Source: Takakia lepidozioides (taxonomy: Eukaryota; Plantae; Bryophyta). Taken from it: a stretch of 64,000 nt of DNA. How positions within the stretch are numbered: position 1 is the stretch's first letter; each line of letters begins with the position of its first letter. The DNA lies in NCBI GenBank assembly GCA_030704615.1, contig CM060734.1, positions 14,880,001-14,944,000 on the forward strand, read 5' to 3'. Below are positions 12,432 through 26,520 of the stretch, piece by piece. A program made the translations under genes and the position numbers. Under the pieces are notes generated by a model. It worked only from the letters and a program-made list of their open reading frames with translations, was not told where the DNA came from and did no database searches.

Positions 12432-15400
12432 CTAAGCTGCAGGATGACCAGTGGGTTCTGCCCTAACATCTGCAACCTTGGCATATGCTCGTGCATCACC
12501 CTCCCACAGCATCCACCACAAACCCTGTGAGTTTGCTCTAACTTTCCACATTGCCTCAACCTCCTGGAAGGAGAGCCCTTTGGTTTCAGGCACAGCCACC
12601 ACAATGAAGACTAATGCTACAGTTGAAACACATGCAAACAGCAAGAATGTCATGGATGTGCCCAATGCCGCAGTCAGAGATAAGAAGGTCTGTGCCACCA
12701 AAAAGTTAGAAATCCAGTTCGTCGTGGCCGCAATTCCGCCACAGAGACCTCGGTATTCCAAGGGGTAAATCTCAGAGTTGACAGTCCATGGTACAGGCCC
12801 CATCCCAGGTGAGAAGGCCAGCAGATAGAGCGCCAATCCAGAGAGTGCCAGCCAGCCATATGGGCTTGGGCAACCCCGAGTGAACCATGAACGAAGTTCA
12901 ATACTGCAGAAACTGGCTGTGACGTTGTCATATACTAAGCAGCTTCCTGGTTGCATCTGCAAGGTACACGCCACCCATTTAAGTCCATTTCTGTCACCAT
13001 TCATATAGTGCACTATCCCACCTTAATGAACGGATCCTCATAAAATTGATAATACGGACCTCCCAATCACCCACCAGCCCATTACATAGCACATTCCCCA
13101 TGGAAAGGACAAGTGGATAATTTGAAGTCAGTATATTTCCTGAGGCCACAATCAAGGGTACATTTAGAGCATGTCACCACCTGTGGTTGAATGTATCTTG
13201 CAAGCTCACTTCTCAATGAAGCCTTTAAATTTGAGACAATCCATACCCTTACTCCCACCCCGATAATGAAATGTCTTGTACTCTCTTCTACTTTCACCCC
13301 TAACTGGGTGGGAGAGACCAAGTTAGCCTAAAAGCATAGTTCAAGGTGTGACCTTCTATTACAAGTGCAAGTTGACCAGTATAGCTCGATCATACATCAC
13401 TGCATGATGGAAGCATATCGACATGCTAACTTACTAGCCTGGATCAAGACAAAATATCTTTGCTTACAGTCCTCTCCCTCCCCCTTCCTGGGCCCCCAAG
13501 AACCTTACTGAACGAGTTGCAGAGGTGGGACAGGTGACTGCCCAGAGAGAACTGCCCAGAGAGGCAACCCAGGTTCAAAAGCTTTACTGGTCAAGATCTG
13601 GAAGGTGACAAAAGCCAGGGCTGCAAAATACCTCATCCCCTTTAGCAGCACAGAATCCACACCCTGCCTGCAAGCAGCCAGTGCAAGATGCCGGATAGGA
13701 GGATGCTGTTCTGTTGCCTGGTGGTGGAAAAGCAGGGCAAACCATGGATGCAATATCAGGGTTGGGCTCCCAACCGATTGGGGATGAATTCAGGGTGGTG
13801 AGGTGGAAAGCAGCTGACAAGAAGCACAAGGCCACAATCACTCCAGACAAGCTGAAAAGTGCAAGCCTTTTTCTTCCAGAGCGGTCTATCAAGAAGATGC
13901 CAGCAATTGTACCGATTGCATTCACACCAGCTACCACTGTGGAGAGTAACAAGGCCATTTCGTGTGAGGCATATCCCGCAAGCTCCACAATAGAGGGACT
14001 GTAGTACATCACTGTATTGATACCAACCAGCTGCTGAAATATCTGCAGAGTATGAGATAAATACAACTTCCACTAAGACACAGGACGGTCAAGAAAATCT
14101 CACCCCAGAAGTAAGAGAAAATGACAGCATGAACATGTCAAGATATCTGATGCGAGAACAATGTTCAACTCAAGTTCCTCCTCCACTCTATGAGTAAGGG
14201 AGTGGAGGCATGACCCGCCTAATAGAACGTGGTGCAGCCAAACCAAAGACCAAGCAAGTCTCAGCATACATATGGCTGCATCATTTCCTTGCATGATTTT
14301 ACCTGCAAGCCAACACCTGCTGTGAGGGCCATACGTCTCTCCTTGGTTGCGAAAACATTCCAAAACCTGGGTGCTGTAGCCACCGTACCCTCCTGCTGCC
14401 ACTCGGCCTCGGCAGCTGCTACCTCATCAAGCTCTGCTTCACCTGTGCCTGTCGGATAGATTCTTTTCAAGACAGCAACTGCCTTGTCAAACCTTTTCTG
14501 CCAAGAGCAATACACAATTTTTGGGAAACCACATACACATCTGTGTGAGTCAGAGAGGGAAAACAGAGAGAGTGCACAAAGGGAAACCAGTGTTGGCTCC
14601 TTCATTTACTGCTAACTCCTAAAATACTAGACAGATTTTGCAAATGGAAATTTACAAATGTTCTTTAACTTGCACTGCCAAGAAATGGCACACAGCAGCT
14701 GCTCTTGAGAATGAACTGCAGATCCCGCAGTCAGGTTGAAGAGAGCATCTACAAGCACAACCCACCCACCAGGAACTCAATTGGGGTACTTTGTTCAATT
14801 TAGGGAGAGGACTGGCAAATGTACCTGACGCAATAGCCAGCGTGGGGATTCTGGCAAAAAAACAAACAAAAGTGCTTGCAGAATGGCTGGGAGGCCTGCA
14901 ATCCCCAACATCCAACGCCAATTGCCTGGAACCTGAACATTAACAGAGATCAAGTTGAAATGGGCCACTTCATTATGCTACAATTTGTTTCTAGTGTTGA
15001 GGTTTTCAGATGTATATCAGCTTTTAGTTTGCAAATGGAAGTTTACAATAACTGTCTGATTGCGTTTATTTAACAAATTAGAAAATGTTCTCAGTGCTCT
15101 CACCATCTACAGGGGAGTTGAGTGTACATCGTACATGGACTTGAACAAGGTCAGTGTGGACATCAATGCTCTGCATCAAATTCTTGTAATCCTTTTCTTA
15201 TTGGTTACTGTCCTGATGAGGATTGAAATTGGTTTCAGAAATAAACATTGACTGTGCATCTCAACCTCAGGTCTAACTGCTCAAGCCATGACACCATATG
15301 TCCACACAACCCAAACCCGTCACTATTAGATGTTTTAAGATGCTTGAGGACCTATAGAGGTTCAGGAAAATGACTAACCTTCGTGAATGCAAGATTGACG

Positions 15401-16646
15401 ATATATGACAGGAACTGGCCAGTTGTGACCATCAACACATTTAAGGTCACCAGAGATCCCCTTCTATGGGATGGTGAAGCTTCTGCTATGTAGAGCGGTA
15501 CAGTCATGGATGCTACACCAATGCCTAGTCCAACCACAAACCGGCCACTAATCAGCATATACGGGTCACTGGCCACCGCCATGAGACCAGCACCAAGTGC
15601 AAAGACACAATCTGAGACCAAAATGGAAAATTTTCTGCCGAAAGAGTCATTCATTCTGCCTCCCAGTGCGGCACCTACTATTGCTCCCGCAATTGCCATG
15701 CTCACAATTGTCTCCTGCCACCGACCAACAGAATAACACACATAGTAATTTAGGATCATGAATAAATTTATTGCTTACAAATAAAGCTGAAATCCAGTGA
15801 CATTTCTGGCTCAGGTGAAATTATCTGTCATCACTCAAGAGCACTATCATCCAAGAATGTGTTGGTCGTTGCAGCAGACCTCTCCTGACAATTATCCCAG
15901 AAATGTCTGGTCACAGATCTAGTGCTAAATATGGAGAATTGAGGACAGAAGGGGGGCACCATTGATGAGCAGAAGAGAGAACATTGTCACACACATGTCA
16001 AATACCTGCAAGAAGGTGCTCTTGTCTACTTCCTCGAAGTCATCTCGAATGTAGAGAAGAGCCCCGGATATAACCCCTGGTTCCGGCAACACCCGGTACA
16101 TTTTCTCACTTTTGTGCAGCATATAACTCCACCATAATAAGTTATCCATTTTGAAATCAACTTCCAATTCCATACCCTGTATCAAAGGGCGCCGACCTTC
16201 TGTTTTTGCTAAGCAATTCCACCGCACTGTCTGTCAGGAGGAGATGTCTTTGTCTCATACCTCCACGGGACATGTCTATCAGCAAGCTAGTATGAAATGT
16301 GAGTATCATACTGTTTAGGAACATCTAAATGGTGACAGCTTGAAAACCAGACCCCCCAAAGAAGAGATATGTTACCTGTATCGTAGCCAAATACGAAACC
16401 CCCAATTCCAGCTGCAAGTGCGAGCAGGAGCACATAATACTTGGAGGCTGACGGTGAAAACTCGCCACCTTCATTGGGTAGCGATAGTGAGGCCAATGGG
16501 AACAGATGAATCTTTTCGTTTTGGGTGGTTCCCGCTCCAGCTTCTTGAGCTTCGTTACTCGAACTCATTTTGCGCTTCTCAACTGCCATAGATATAGATA
16601 AATTCACAAGGGGAATTTCAGTTTGACAGCCAACAAGATCTTCCAT
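12432..16646 (-). CDS. INT: MFS sugar porter, H+/inositol symporter (INT family). Exons 16646(or 16589)-16376, 16076-16006, 15714-15379, 14932-14825, 14497-14303, 14042-13632, 12956-12432; ~638 aa (619 from the second ATG)
   Basis: [62 protein letters not shown], Cys-rich loop ([22 protein letters not shown]), [23 protein letters not shown]. All six introns are GT-AG and in phase. Confidence 0.95.
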
Positions 16647-17579
16647 ATGTTTCTTATGAACAGATCGAACATATACCCAGACCCTTCTTATTGCATACCT
16701 CCTCCGTATACTTCATGACCAATTTGTAGTCAAAGAACTACCCTCTGTAAACACAAACCCTAATAAAAGCTTACTAGTGTGAGGCAATCCTTTGTGGGGC
16801 AAAGGGAAGAAAGTGGAGGGCAGAGCCAGAAATCACTGTACATTTAGATACTGGGCTCCATCCATGATCCATGACTCACACGATTCCGGTGACGAGGCGT
16901 GTGAGAATAGCTATTATAACTTATTTCAGCAGTGAAGTGGTCAAGTTTTCAGTTGCCATAGGGAGAGCCAGTCACCACGTTTTTCATACTCAGAGGGGTA
17001 GTCCTTTGTGCCGTGAGAGCAAACTGTTAGAGTGGATGTATTCGATCAAAAATATGGAATACTTTTCGGGCACAAACCCTGTCCCTGTTTCGCCCCCTCG
17101 CTGTCCCTGTCACACCCCCTAACAAACCCTGTCACAACCCTTACAACATCAACGCGATGTTCTTCACAAGTTGTTGTTAGGGTTGTAGATGTGCCCAAAA
17201 AGTATGCACTTAACAACATCAACATGATGTGCAAAAAGATGCTTCAAACCAAAGCATCTTCTCAAATATGCTTCTCTTTAAAGCATCTTCCAAATATGCT
17301 TTCATACTTGTACTTGTTCCAGACAACTACTTGTTTGGAACAACCCACTTGTTAACAACTAGTTGTTCCCAACATCCTACTTGTTATTAACCTACTTGTT
17401 CCCAACAACCCACTTGTTCCCAACCTACTCTTCATTTCCAGGGGGCTTTCATATTCATTACATGGTCATGCCACACATATCATGTCATATTATCAGATCC
17501 ATGAATTCAGATGCCTATGTATATGTCATGCCATACATAATTATTTTATTGCCCCGCATATCCAATTGCGACTCTGCAT

Positions 17580-18270
17580 GAAGTGGGGCCCATGGGGCCG
17601 CTCAGGCGACCGCTGCTACTGCCGGTCACCCAGCACTCTCATTCTAAGCATGGGCGACCGGTTCAGGCGGTCGCCCCGTGCTGTGTTTAAACCGCGGCTA
17701 GCTACAACTGTCGCCCAGTATTTTTCTGCATAGAGGCGACCGACTAAGCCGTCGCCCACGATTTACCCTGTCCTTTCTCGGTGGGCGACCGCCTCGCCGG
17801 TCGCCCATTATCTTGTCGAACCGGCCGACCCGTGAGCCCGACCGCGGACCGCCGACGTGGACCGCCCAATGGCGGCGGTCCGCCTCGGCAGCATTGTGAG
17901 TGTCTCGAGGACTGATACTCGCAGCGCACACCCTTGCAGAGGTATCACCTGCAAATCGATGCCCTGTTGCATACACCAGTAGAGGTAGTCTGCCATCCAA
18001 TGTCTACATCACTCTAGAGGTATCACCGGTAAGTCCATGCCCTGTTTCAAGGACACATTGGAGATATAGTCTTTCATTGAATATGTACATCACTTTAGAG
18101 GTATTACCTTAACTTTAGATTCGGTGTTTCATGCACACAGTAGAGGCATAGTCCGTGACTAACAGCGCACACCCTTTCAGAGGTATCACCTGGAAGTCCA
18201 ACCCTCCATTTTCCGAAACACATCGGCGACCGCTTCGCCGGTCGCCGCTTATTTGTAAAAAGTGCGGAGC
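17580..18270. repeat. GC-rich DNA-transposon-like relic with many ggcgaccg/cggtcgcc motifs and internal agaggtatcacc repeats
   Basis: Direct and inverted GGCGACCG copies at 17605-17810 and 18225-18248; aga(g)gtatcacc recurs at 17938, 18016, 18097 and 18179. It truncates the adjacent Gypsy element. Confidence 0.5.
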
Positions 18271-18284
18271 CCGCCATGTCATAC

Positions 18285-21200
18285 TCAGTTGAGTAAGTCA
18301 GCTCCTTCCTCATTTCTTAACTCAATCTGCTGCTGTGCTAGGCTTGCAATCACCCCTGGTGCTTCCCTCACCTCTTCAGTGGGCCTCTCATGATCCAAGT
18401 TGCTCAGCGATATATTCATCATGTCGTTTGTTGTATGAACCAACTCTGTGTTCACACTTGCAGCTAATTCTGCTGGTTGCTTCATGAATCCATTGTGTTC
18501 ACTGGGGGTCTGGTCCATACCTTTTGATTTCGTTTCTGGTTGTTGTCTTGGCAGGGGGTTTTCTTCATCACGTCCCTCCTTCTGCGTTTCTTTCGACGTT
18601 CTGAGTGGATCATCCCAGTCTCTCTGCTTCCCTTTGTTCATCTCTTCTGTTGAGCTGGAACATCCATCACTCAGTACATTCAGTTAATACGGTGACAGTT
18701 CACCAAACATGAGTTTCCCCACCTTGTTTTGCTTCTTCTGTGGCTTTCTCTCTATTTGCTTTTCTGGAGTGCTAACCACCTCTTGGTTTTCCAGGGCTGC
18801 CAGTTCATTTGCAAACTGATCCCAAGGCTCTTCCTCCAGTGTATACTCCTCAAGGTACCCTTCCTTTGGCGTTGATATCTCGATGACAAGGGGTTGGCTC
18901 CCTTGCCTTTGGTATGACTCAGCTAGGGTTTTGTGAAAACAATCATCATCCTGGCACTGCTCCACCTGTATGTTTGTTTCATTGTACACATCCTGTTGGG
19001 TGTTGTTCAAATTTTCTAGGCTGTCAGTAGCTTGAACCTCTGTGTGTTCCTCTTTTTCTTGTTGTACTGAGTCCACACAATTCATTGTTACCATTTCTCT
19101 TCTCATATGAGTTGTAACCTCAGTGATGTAGGTTGATGACTGTCCATCTTCATCCATTGGATACTGTCTGTCCTTTTGCTGATCAATCTCCCTCGTGCAT
19201 GATCTTTCTTCCTGCAGCATGCTCAGCTTGTCTTCCAGCACTTCGCAAAAGATAAGCTCTTTCTTACTTCGCTTTCTGGCTCTACTCTGTATTTTTCCTT
19301 TGATGATGACATCTGCAATCCCTTCATGAAATGTCATGTCTTGAGCTTGATCCCAACTTGTAATATCCCATCTTTCATCTCTGATGTTCTCCTCTTTGCA
19401 TGGATTGCCCTGTGCAGAGCCTTCTTGTACTGCTGCCATTTTTGCATGCAGCACCTTTTCATCATCATTGACTTGGATTATTTCAAACCCCTCCAGCGCT
19501 TTCAGGGTAAGTGACCTTGTCAGCTCCTTCTCTACAGCTATTTCTGGATGTACTTTGTTGTCTTGTCTTTGACTCATGGATTCACGACTTTTTACTGGGA
19601 AGTAAACCATCCACAGCAAATTCCCTTCGAGATGGAGCATTCTGCATATTTTTTCCACATTTCTGACTACTATACATGTGGCTCTCACAATCTTTTGTAT
19701 GCCCCTGATCTCAATACCCCCGTCAGTGACCATGATCTGAAAAGCATTGTGAACTTTTCTGTTGCCCACCCGACCATCATTAGAAATAAAACCACTACCT
19801 TACTCAGGTTATGTTCTACCCATAACTTGAACTGTCTCCCCCTTTTTTTTGACAATGGCAGCAATTCGGACTTGCTGGTCCATCCTTGCCTTTTTTCTCT
19901 TAGTAGTAGTTACCACATCCAAGTGTGTCCCAGTTTTCCCATCTCCTTGTTCTATCTTGACTTGGTTAACACCTGGAAAAAGCTGGAACCTGACTTTCTG
20001 TTGTGATGCCCTATCACCTGGACCTACTCCTGGGTGAATGGACTATTCATGACTTGTATCACTATCACAGTGGTGACACTTGGTTTGTTCTACACTGTCA
20101 ACACAAAGACCCTTGTTTTGCAGAAAACCAAAGGTGTAATCTTTTCTCATATCTGTACCTTTGACTTTTCCACTTTGTGACCACTTGAGAGGATCCATAT
20201 TGGTATCCACCCAAAACTTTCTACTCAAGAGTTCTCTTCTGTAGTTCCACAATGCCCAAACAAACACCCCGTAATGTACTTCTTCCACAGATTTCTCTTT
20301 TGCCCTTATCAAGGTCTTTGCAATGTTTGAGATTACCTCCAGACTGTGTCAGTGTTGCAAAGACTTCTTCACCATCTAAGTTCAATGTTAGAACCCATAC
20401 ATCCTCCCTTGCTACCCTAGGGTCCACATTATGAACTTGTATTTTTCCTTTTGCCATGTTGATCTCATATTGTTCTTCTCCACTAGCCTCTCCCACTGGG
20501 TAGCGACTTAAAGCATCTACATTAGCATGCTTCACTCCTGGTCTATGCACAATTTTGAAATCATAGTCTTGTAACATCATGATCCATCTGCCTCTTCTTC
20601 CATAGGCATCACTGACCGTAGCTAACCATTCTAGAGGCTTATGGTCAGTTCTTACCATGAAGGGTGTTCCATAGAGATACTGTCGGAAGTGCAGGATGCC
20701 CCACACTAGTGCATAGCACTCACCCTCCATGGGATGATATCTCTTCTGAACATCTGTCAATGCCTTACTTGCGTACGCTATGACATGTTCTTTACGATGA
20801 TCCTTCTGTGATAATATTGCCCCTACACCCTTAGTGCTCCAATCCACATCTAGTATGAATGGTTTTGTGAAATTGGGCCTTACCAGTATAGGTGCTTGCT
20901 GCAGCTTAAGAATCAATGCCTCAAAGGCATTCTGAGCTTCAGCATTCCAGACGAATGTCTGCTCTTTCTTTGTCAGTGCAAACAGTGGTACTCCAGTGCT
21001 CGCATATCCTCTTATGTAGTCTCGATAGTAGTTTGTAACTGCAATGAAACTTTTGACTGCTGTCGGATTTGTTGGTACTGGGAAGCTTTGGATTGCTGCC
21101 ACTTTGTCAGGGTCTGGTCTCACATCCTCCTTGGATACCACATGACCCAGGAAAAACTAGCTCTTGTCTCCCAAGCTCACACTTGGTGGGATTTAGCTTG

Positions 21201-24200
21201 AGATTGTGTTGTCTGAGCCTTTGGAGTATGATCTCCAGATGTTGTAAATGTTCTTCCCATGTTGCACTGTGCACATTGATGTCATCCACAAAGACTTTGG
21301 CAAAGGTCTTCAGTTCATCATGGAGTATGATGTTCATGGCCCTTTGGAATGTTGCTGTTGCATTTTTTAATCCAAAAGGCATCACCATCCATTCGAACAG
21401 TCCCCTTTTTGTGATGACACGTCATCCCTCATCTTGATTTGCCAAAATCCAGATTGTAGATCAAGTGCAGAAAACCATTGTGATTTTCCAAGTTGTTGCA
21501 ACACGTCTTGTATCAAAGGCATGGGATATGCATCCTTGAATGTGTGTAGATTGAGTTGCCGGTAGTCACCACAAAATCTCTTACTGCCATCTTTCTTTGG
21601 TGGCAGTGCAATAGGGCATGCATACTCTGACCTGCTGATTCGCATCTTCCCTTGTTGAATAAGTGCTTCAATTTGTTCTTGTACAAGGTTCTCCTCAGAT
21701 TCTGACAGCCTGTTTGCGGGTGTTCTGGTGGCAGGAAACCCTTGGGTGTTGATCTCATGTTCAACATCAGCACAATGCCCCAGATCTGATTTGTTGAGGG
21801 CAAAACTGCCAGGAAAAACTGATTCTGTTAGTTAGTTTTCCTACTGTAACCTTCAGATTGTCGATTACACCTATTGATGTTTCTACAGCACCTAAGCTAC
21901 CCTATATGACATATCTTGATCTGTCAATACACAACCCATGAGTCCCAAATCCCTCACCGTGGTTGCTGCTATCACAGATATCATTGCGCCCGTGTCTATC
22001 TGGCCCATCACTTGGAAGTTTCCAATGGTGACCAATGCATGTAAAACCTTCACTTTGCCATTGAAAGCATAAGATATGGCCTCAAGTTCCTTGTTGCTAG
22101 TTTCAGGTGTCAGTTTTACCTCTCGTTGAACACGATTGGCTGGAAAAGCACTCATCTTGCTCTTAGCTCTTCAGTTTCTCAAATTCTCCTGGCACTTGCA
22201 TGATGACCTCCATTGTTGACATAGATATGCGTCCCTTGTAGAAATGATTCAAATATTTTTGATCTTCCTGTCTCTGGCTCTGGGTATTTCTCAGACCGTC
22301 TTGGGAAGAGGAATTGCCCCGAAGCTCTTGTTTGTTCCTCCGGTAGCTCCTCTTGTGATGAAGCCATTTCTTCGCCTGGTGAACTAGGTCCTCCTTTCGC
22401 ATTGGGTGTAGGCACCGGTGTTCTCACTCTGGGGAGCTGACGTATCTCTTTGATTTCATGATGTGCCATCAGTTGATTCAACTGTTCCAGGACTGCCAAC
22501 TCATCATCACACATAATTTCAAGCAGATTGTTAGAAAGTAATGCATTACCACCTTGTTCCTTTTTCAACCTACAGTCTGGTTCGAAATGTCCTAGAACCT
22601 TTCAAAAGGTACATTTGATTCCACAAGTTTCTGTCCGGTGACCATAGTGATTGCATTTTGCACATTTCACTGGAGTCTTCTGTGTTGGACAGTATGCAGC
22701 CACATGACCCTCCTGCTGGCAGAGGTTACACAAACGAATTCCACCAACTGGAGTTTGACTACCAGAACCTTCAGTGTACACATTCTTCTTTTCAAAGAAC
22801 TTGCTTAGTGTTAGATTTAAAGCATCTAGGCGTTTATCAACGGGCCCAATCACTAAAACCTCTCCTACGTCCTCTCCTTCCATGGGTTCGAAGGGTGTTT
22901 CTCCAATCTTAGATAAGCCACGTTCCACTTGTATGGCAGTCTCCACTGCTTCATCAACACTTTGAAATATGTTTCCTAGCATAAGCTTCATTATCTCATG
23001 CCTAAGACCCCCCACAAACCTTTGACGTTGTTCTAACTCAGGAATTTGTCCTTTAACAAATAGTCGGCTCAAACCTGAACCCTTTGTTTTGGCTCCTGCC
23101 TTGCCTCATCCAACTTCGCCATATCCACGTGTCCAAACTTTGCCAACATGGCCATTTGTAAATTATCCTAGTCTACTGGCTTCGGGTTCTGATGCCTATA
23201 CTAGTCATCTGCTTTACCTTTGAGGTTCAACCTTGCCACCTTGAATATCTTGTCATCTAATAAATCTCTTACATCTCCTACCATTTGTAATTTTTCTATC
23301 CAATCTGCCACATCCTCTGATTCCCTACCATAGTAGGGAGCCTCGACCCCTGATGGACTAGACATCTTTCTACGTATTCTTACTTCAAGTCACTGTTAGT
23401 CTTTCTTCATCCTTACTTCACACTACATCCTAGTTTCTCGTGTTAGCTGTCCAGATCCCATCCTGGATCACTTGTTCTCTTCCACTCATTGTCACTCTTC
23501 TCCACATAGCGGACACCATTACCCATGCATATTTTAGTCCATAATACCACTGTAACCCTATTTCCAGCATGTATGACTCGTACACAAAGGTCTCCATTAT
23601 GCGCTCTTGACGATTGATGGTAAAATGCTGGCCTCGGATTAGTGTATGTGTTTGATCTATACTATATGAAATTAAAACATCTCATATTTCTGGATGAACA
23701 GGTACTATTGCCCGATCGGAACCTGGCATGTTTCTCCAGCTCGATCAGTGCCTAATAATGCCTCTCAATGGGTTCTTGTATGACAAGATCTCACGTTATG
23801 TGACCATCCACTCTCTACCTCTACCGATCGTGTCTATCATTTCCCACACTAGCATCCTAGACTTGTAACCTTGGTGCTCCAAACGGATAAGCACGTCTCC
23901 TTCCTTGAATTCTACGGCTTGTCCCGTGGTCCACAAACTATATCTAATATTAACCGTTGGCCTAAGATCTACGAAGATGTCCCCGGGTTCTGGAAGCCTA
24001 TGAAGTGCTGCTAGTTCGGGATCCACATCTTCTAGTGTATGCTCTATTGGCTGATTCATAAGTTCAGATTCGTCGTCCGAAATGGACTGATCGGACATGA
24101 CTGGTATGATTTATCACGTCATATCCAGCATCTGCCCAAGTGTTACGGTCATGACAAAGTATCCATGCCTTAGCATAGGTTCCTTGTGTGCACGATACGA

Positions 24201-25600
24201 ATTGCTATGTCCCCTGGCATACAGTAAAAGGATAGCGGATTCAAACCTGCAAGAGAGATGCGACCAAAACTCTCTATACGTACAACCAAATCACCAATAT
24301 CAGGCCCTTGAGTTGTGTAATTAGAATTGTGCATCCATTGTGCTACCAAATTGCCAGCTCTTTCTTCCGCCAGCTTGTACTTGTGATGGCCGCGATTGTA
24401 GCTCTGATACCAAAAATGGGGGCCCTGTAACAACCCACCAGTATAACTCTTCCCGTTCCCTCTTGATCTCATACAACGGGGTGTGGGAGCCGGGTCAAGA
24501 TATCTTTACTGAACATCGGCCAGTGGCTGGGGAAAGAATAGAGATTGAAGGGAATAAGTAAGAGGAAGACCAAGTATAAGATAGTCTAGTCTAGGTGTCA
24601 TGATGTTTTCCTGCTTCCGCTGCGGCTTCATGTAGCATCGAAACCAGATATGGATCACCGCTATCACGATTCATTATCAATGACATATGCCTTGTATCCT
24701 AGCATGGTTACGCCTCACTAAGCTCCTTAACTAATCCATGTCGTGTTCTCTCGGTACAGATTGTGTGCACTGCAGTGTTCCTCTCTTAGTTTTCCTCTAT
24801 CTCTTCAGCCTCCCTCTATGAGTTCGGCCCGTCGTCATCACTCCATTGCATCCCTCATCCTACAGTTAAGTTTCCCGTTCGTGTGGCTCACTCACTGCGT
24901 ATCAGCATCACAGTAGGCTAAAACCAAGTTGGCACGATGGCCTTCAGTCAAACATGAGTTCTCACACTTCACTTCCATGATATGAACTTCCATTCTCTCT
25001 CTTAACAGTGGATCGTAAATGATCGAGACATGAGCTTTGTACTTTTGCTGAATCTCTTTATATCAACAAGACGGCCGGATGGTCGCCATGCATCAACAGA
25101 ATGCCTTCACTTGCCATCATTCTTCACTAATCTACTCACCAACCCCAAACATAGTTTCTCCGTGCTAAGTATTCTTCCCTTGTCGTCATAACTCAGATCG
25201 CTACTACATCTCCTCCTCTCTTCTTTCTCTCTTGTCTGTAATCTCTCTAAGACTGACTACTTCTTTTTACTACTCTCTCATTACCAGGCCTTATACCCTT
25301 CTGCAATCCTAGATTAGGCTTGCTTCTCGTAACTGATCTGATTCTAATCACCGCCCAACAATTATAATAGTACTAAGTGCACATCCTTCCCTGGATGTGC
25401 CTGCACGCAAAACACTTAAATATTAGGACATCCGGCCTTCAAAGTCTGGATAATGTTAGAAGGACCCAAAACTTGATTATAATCTCCTGCTTAGTCACGT
25501 ATCATACGGTCTAAGGCGGCGGTGTGCCAACCGTTGATCGAAGTCTCATCAACGCTCTGCATGCTGCTATTCCGTCCGCTCTTCGTTTATCATTCATCCG
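18285..25600 (-). mobile_element. Degenerate Ty3/Gypsy LTR retrotransposon (family A): 5' LTR region, Met PBS, extra ORF, gag, PR, RT, RNase H; integrase and 3' LTR absent
   Basis: Gag zinc knuckles CNLCQQEGHVAAYC and CAKCNHYGHRTETC (22602-23072), protease IDTGA (21892-22155), RT LDLQSGFWQ / MPFGLKNA / FVDD, RNase H DVDWS..GAIL..ECYALVW..TDHKPL..HANVDALSR (20221-21141). Right boundary approximate. Confidence 0.9.
24401..24412 (-). promoter_or_regulatory. Primer-binding site for initiator tRNA-Met (family A)
   Basis: TGGTATCAGAGC on the minus strand, next to an LTR end near 24417-24426. Confidence 0.85.
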
Positions 25601-25681
25601 GATCCTCATCCTTTGTACATTGGCAAAATACCAGCTTCCCGCTCCCTTGAACGCGCGTCGCCAGTGCTGACTGTTCACTTC

Positions 25682-25820
25682 GCATGTAGCCTAGTGGTAA
25701 TGGGCACATACCACGTTGGATGTGGTTGTGGGTTCAAACCACCGTCTGGTGTGTCATCAAGGTGTCCACCTTCCTGCTAGAAGGCAGTAGACCTTCGGGG
25801 TCAAGTGACACCATAAGTTA
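25682..25820 (+). mobile_element. tRNA-derived SINE-like repeat, copy 2
   Basis: Box A TAGCCTAGTGG (25687-25697) and box B GGTTCAAACC (25731-25740). Body shared with 1322-1445. Confidence 0.65.
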
Positions 25821-26124
25821 CGCTCCCTTCGGGAGGCGTCATACTTCACTTCTCATCCATCCATTCCCAGTCAAAGTATCTACTTCACATCCTTATCTTC
25901 ATTCATCACTTAACACGTGCTTCCATCTTTGCTTATCTTCATCACTCCTTCATCAACTGGCTAATCATTCATCCAGTTTACCCTAAGTTCTCTCTCACTG
26001 TTTTAAGTGCTACGCACCTTCGCCAAAATACAAGTGCGCAACCCGTCACCAGTTTTACCCTTACAATATTTCATGAATTTTTGTAGGTCCATGTAAAGAC
26101 TCAAATTCCATAATTTTACACTTT

Positions 26125-26520
26125 TCTAAACCCTAAACCCTTAAACCTAACTCCAATGTTTGATGCACATTTTTCATAGATTGGGTACAATAGAACTGTG
26201 GTTGGGATATTTCATTCACAAATTTCATAGGTGACAAGTCATCTGTACAGTTTCCCATATTTTCTTTTCCTTTCATACCCAGCGTACTATGGTTAGTACC
26301 CTAGCAAATTCTATACCCTAAAACCTAATTCCAATGTTTGATGCTTATTTTATTTTATTTTCCAGTTTTGTGGTACGAAAGAATCGAGTTGGGATATGTG
26401 GTTCAAAGACTTTATAGGTGAATCTAGAGTACACTTTTCCACAATATTTGGTTGTCATATGAATCTTTATGAATGAACTCTAAATATTTTGAAACATAAT
26501 TCCAATGTTTGATTGACATC
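26125..26520. repeat. Degenerate ~175-bp tandem repeat with telomere-like AAACCCT motifs
   Basis: aaac(c/a)taa(c/t)tccaatgtttgat near 26144, 26321 and 26492; aaaccctaaaccc at ~26128. Confidence 0.5.

Noticed and set aside
18684-19769. env-like gene
   Set aside because: No signal peptide or transmembrane segment; hydrophilic acidic composition.
25682-25760. Functional tRNA gene
   Set aside because: Boxes A and B are present, but I cannot fold acceptor and anticodon stems, and homology with the second copy extends into a non-tRNA body.
26125-26150. Telomere or chromosome-fusion relic (also 7500-7670, 49550)
   Set aside because: Only short degenerate AAACCCT motifs within repeats; no true array.
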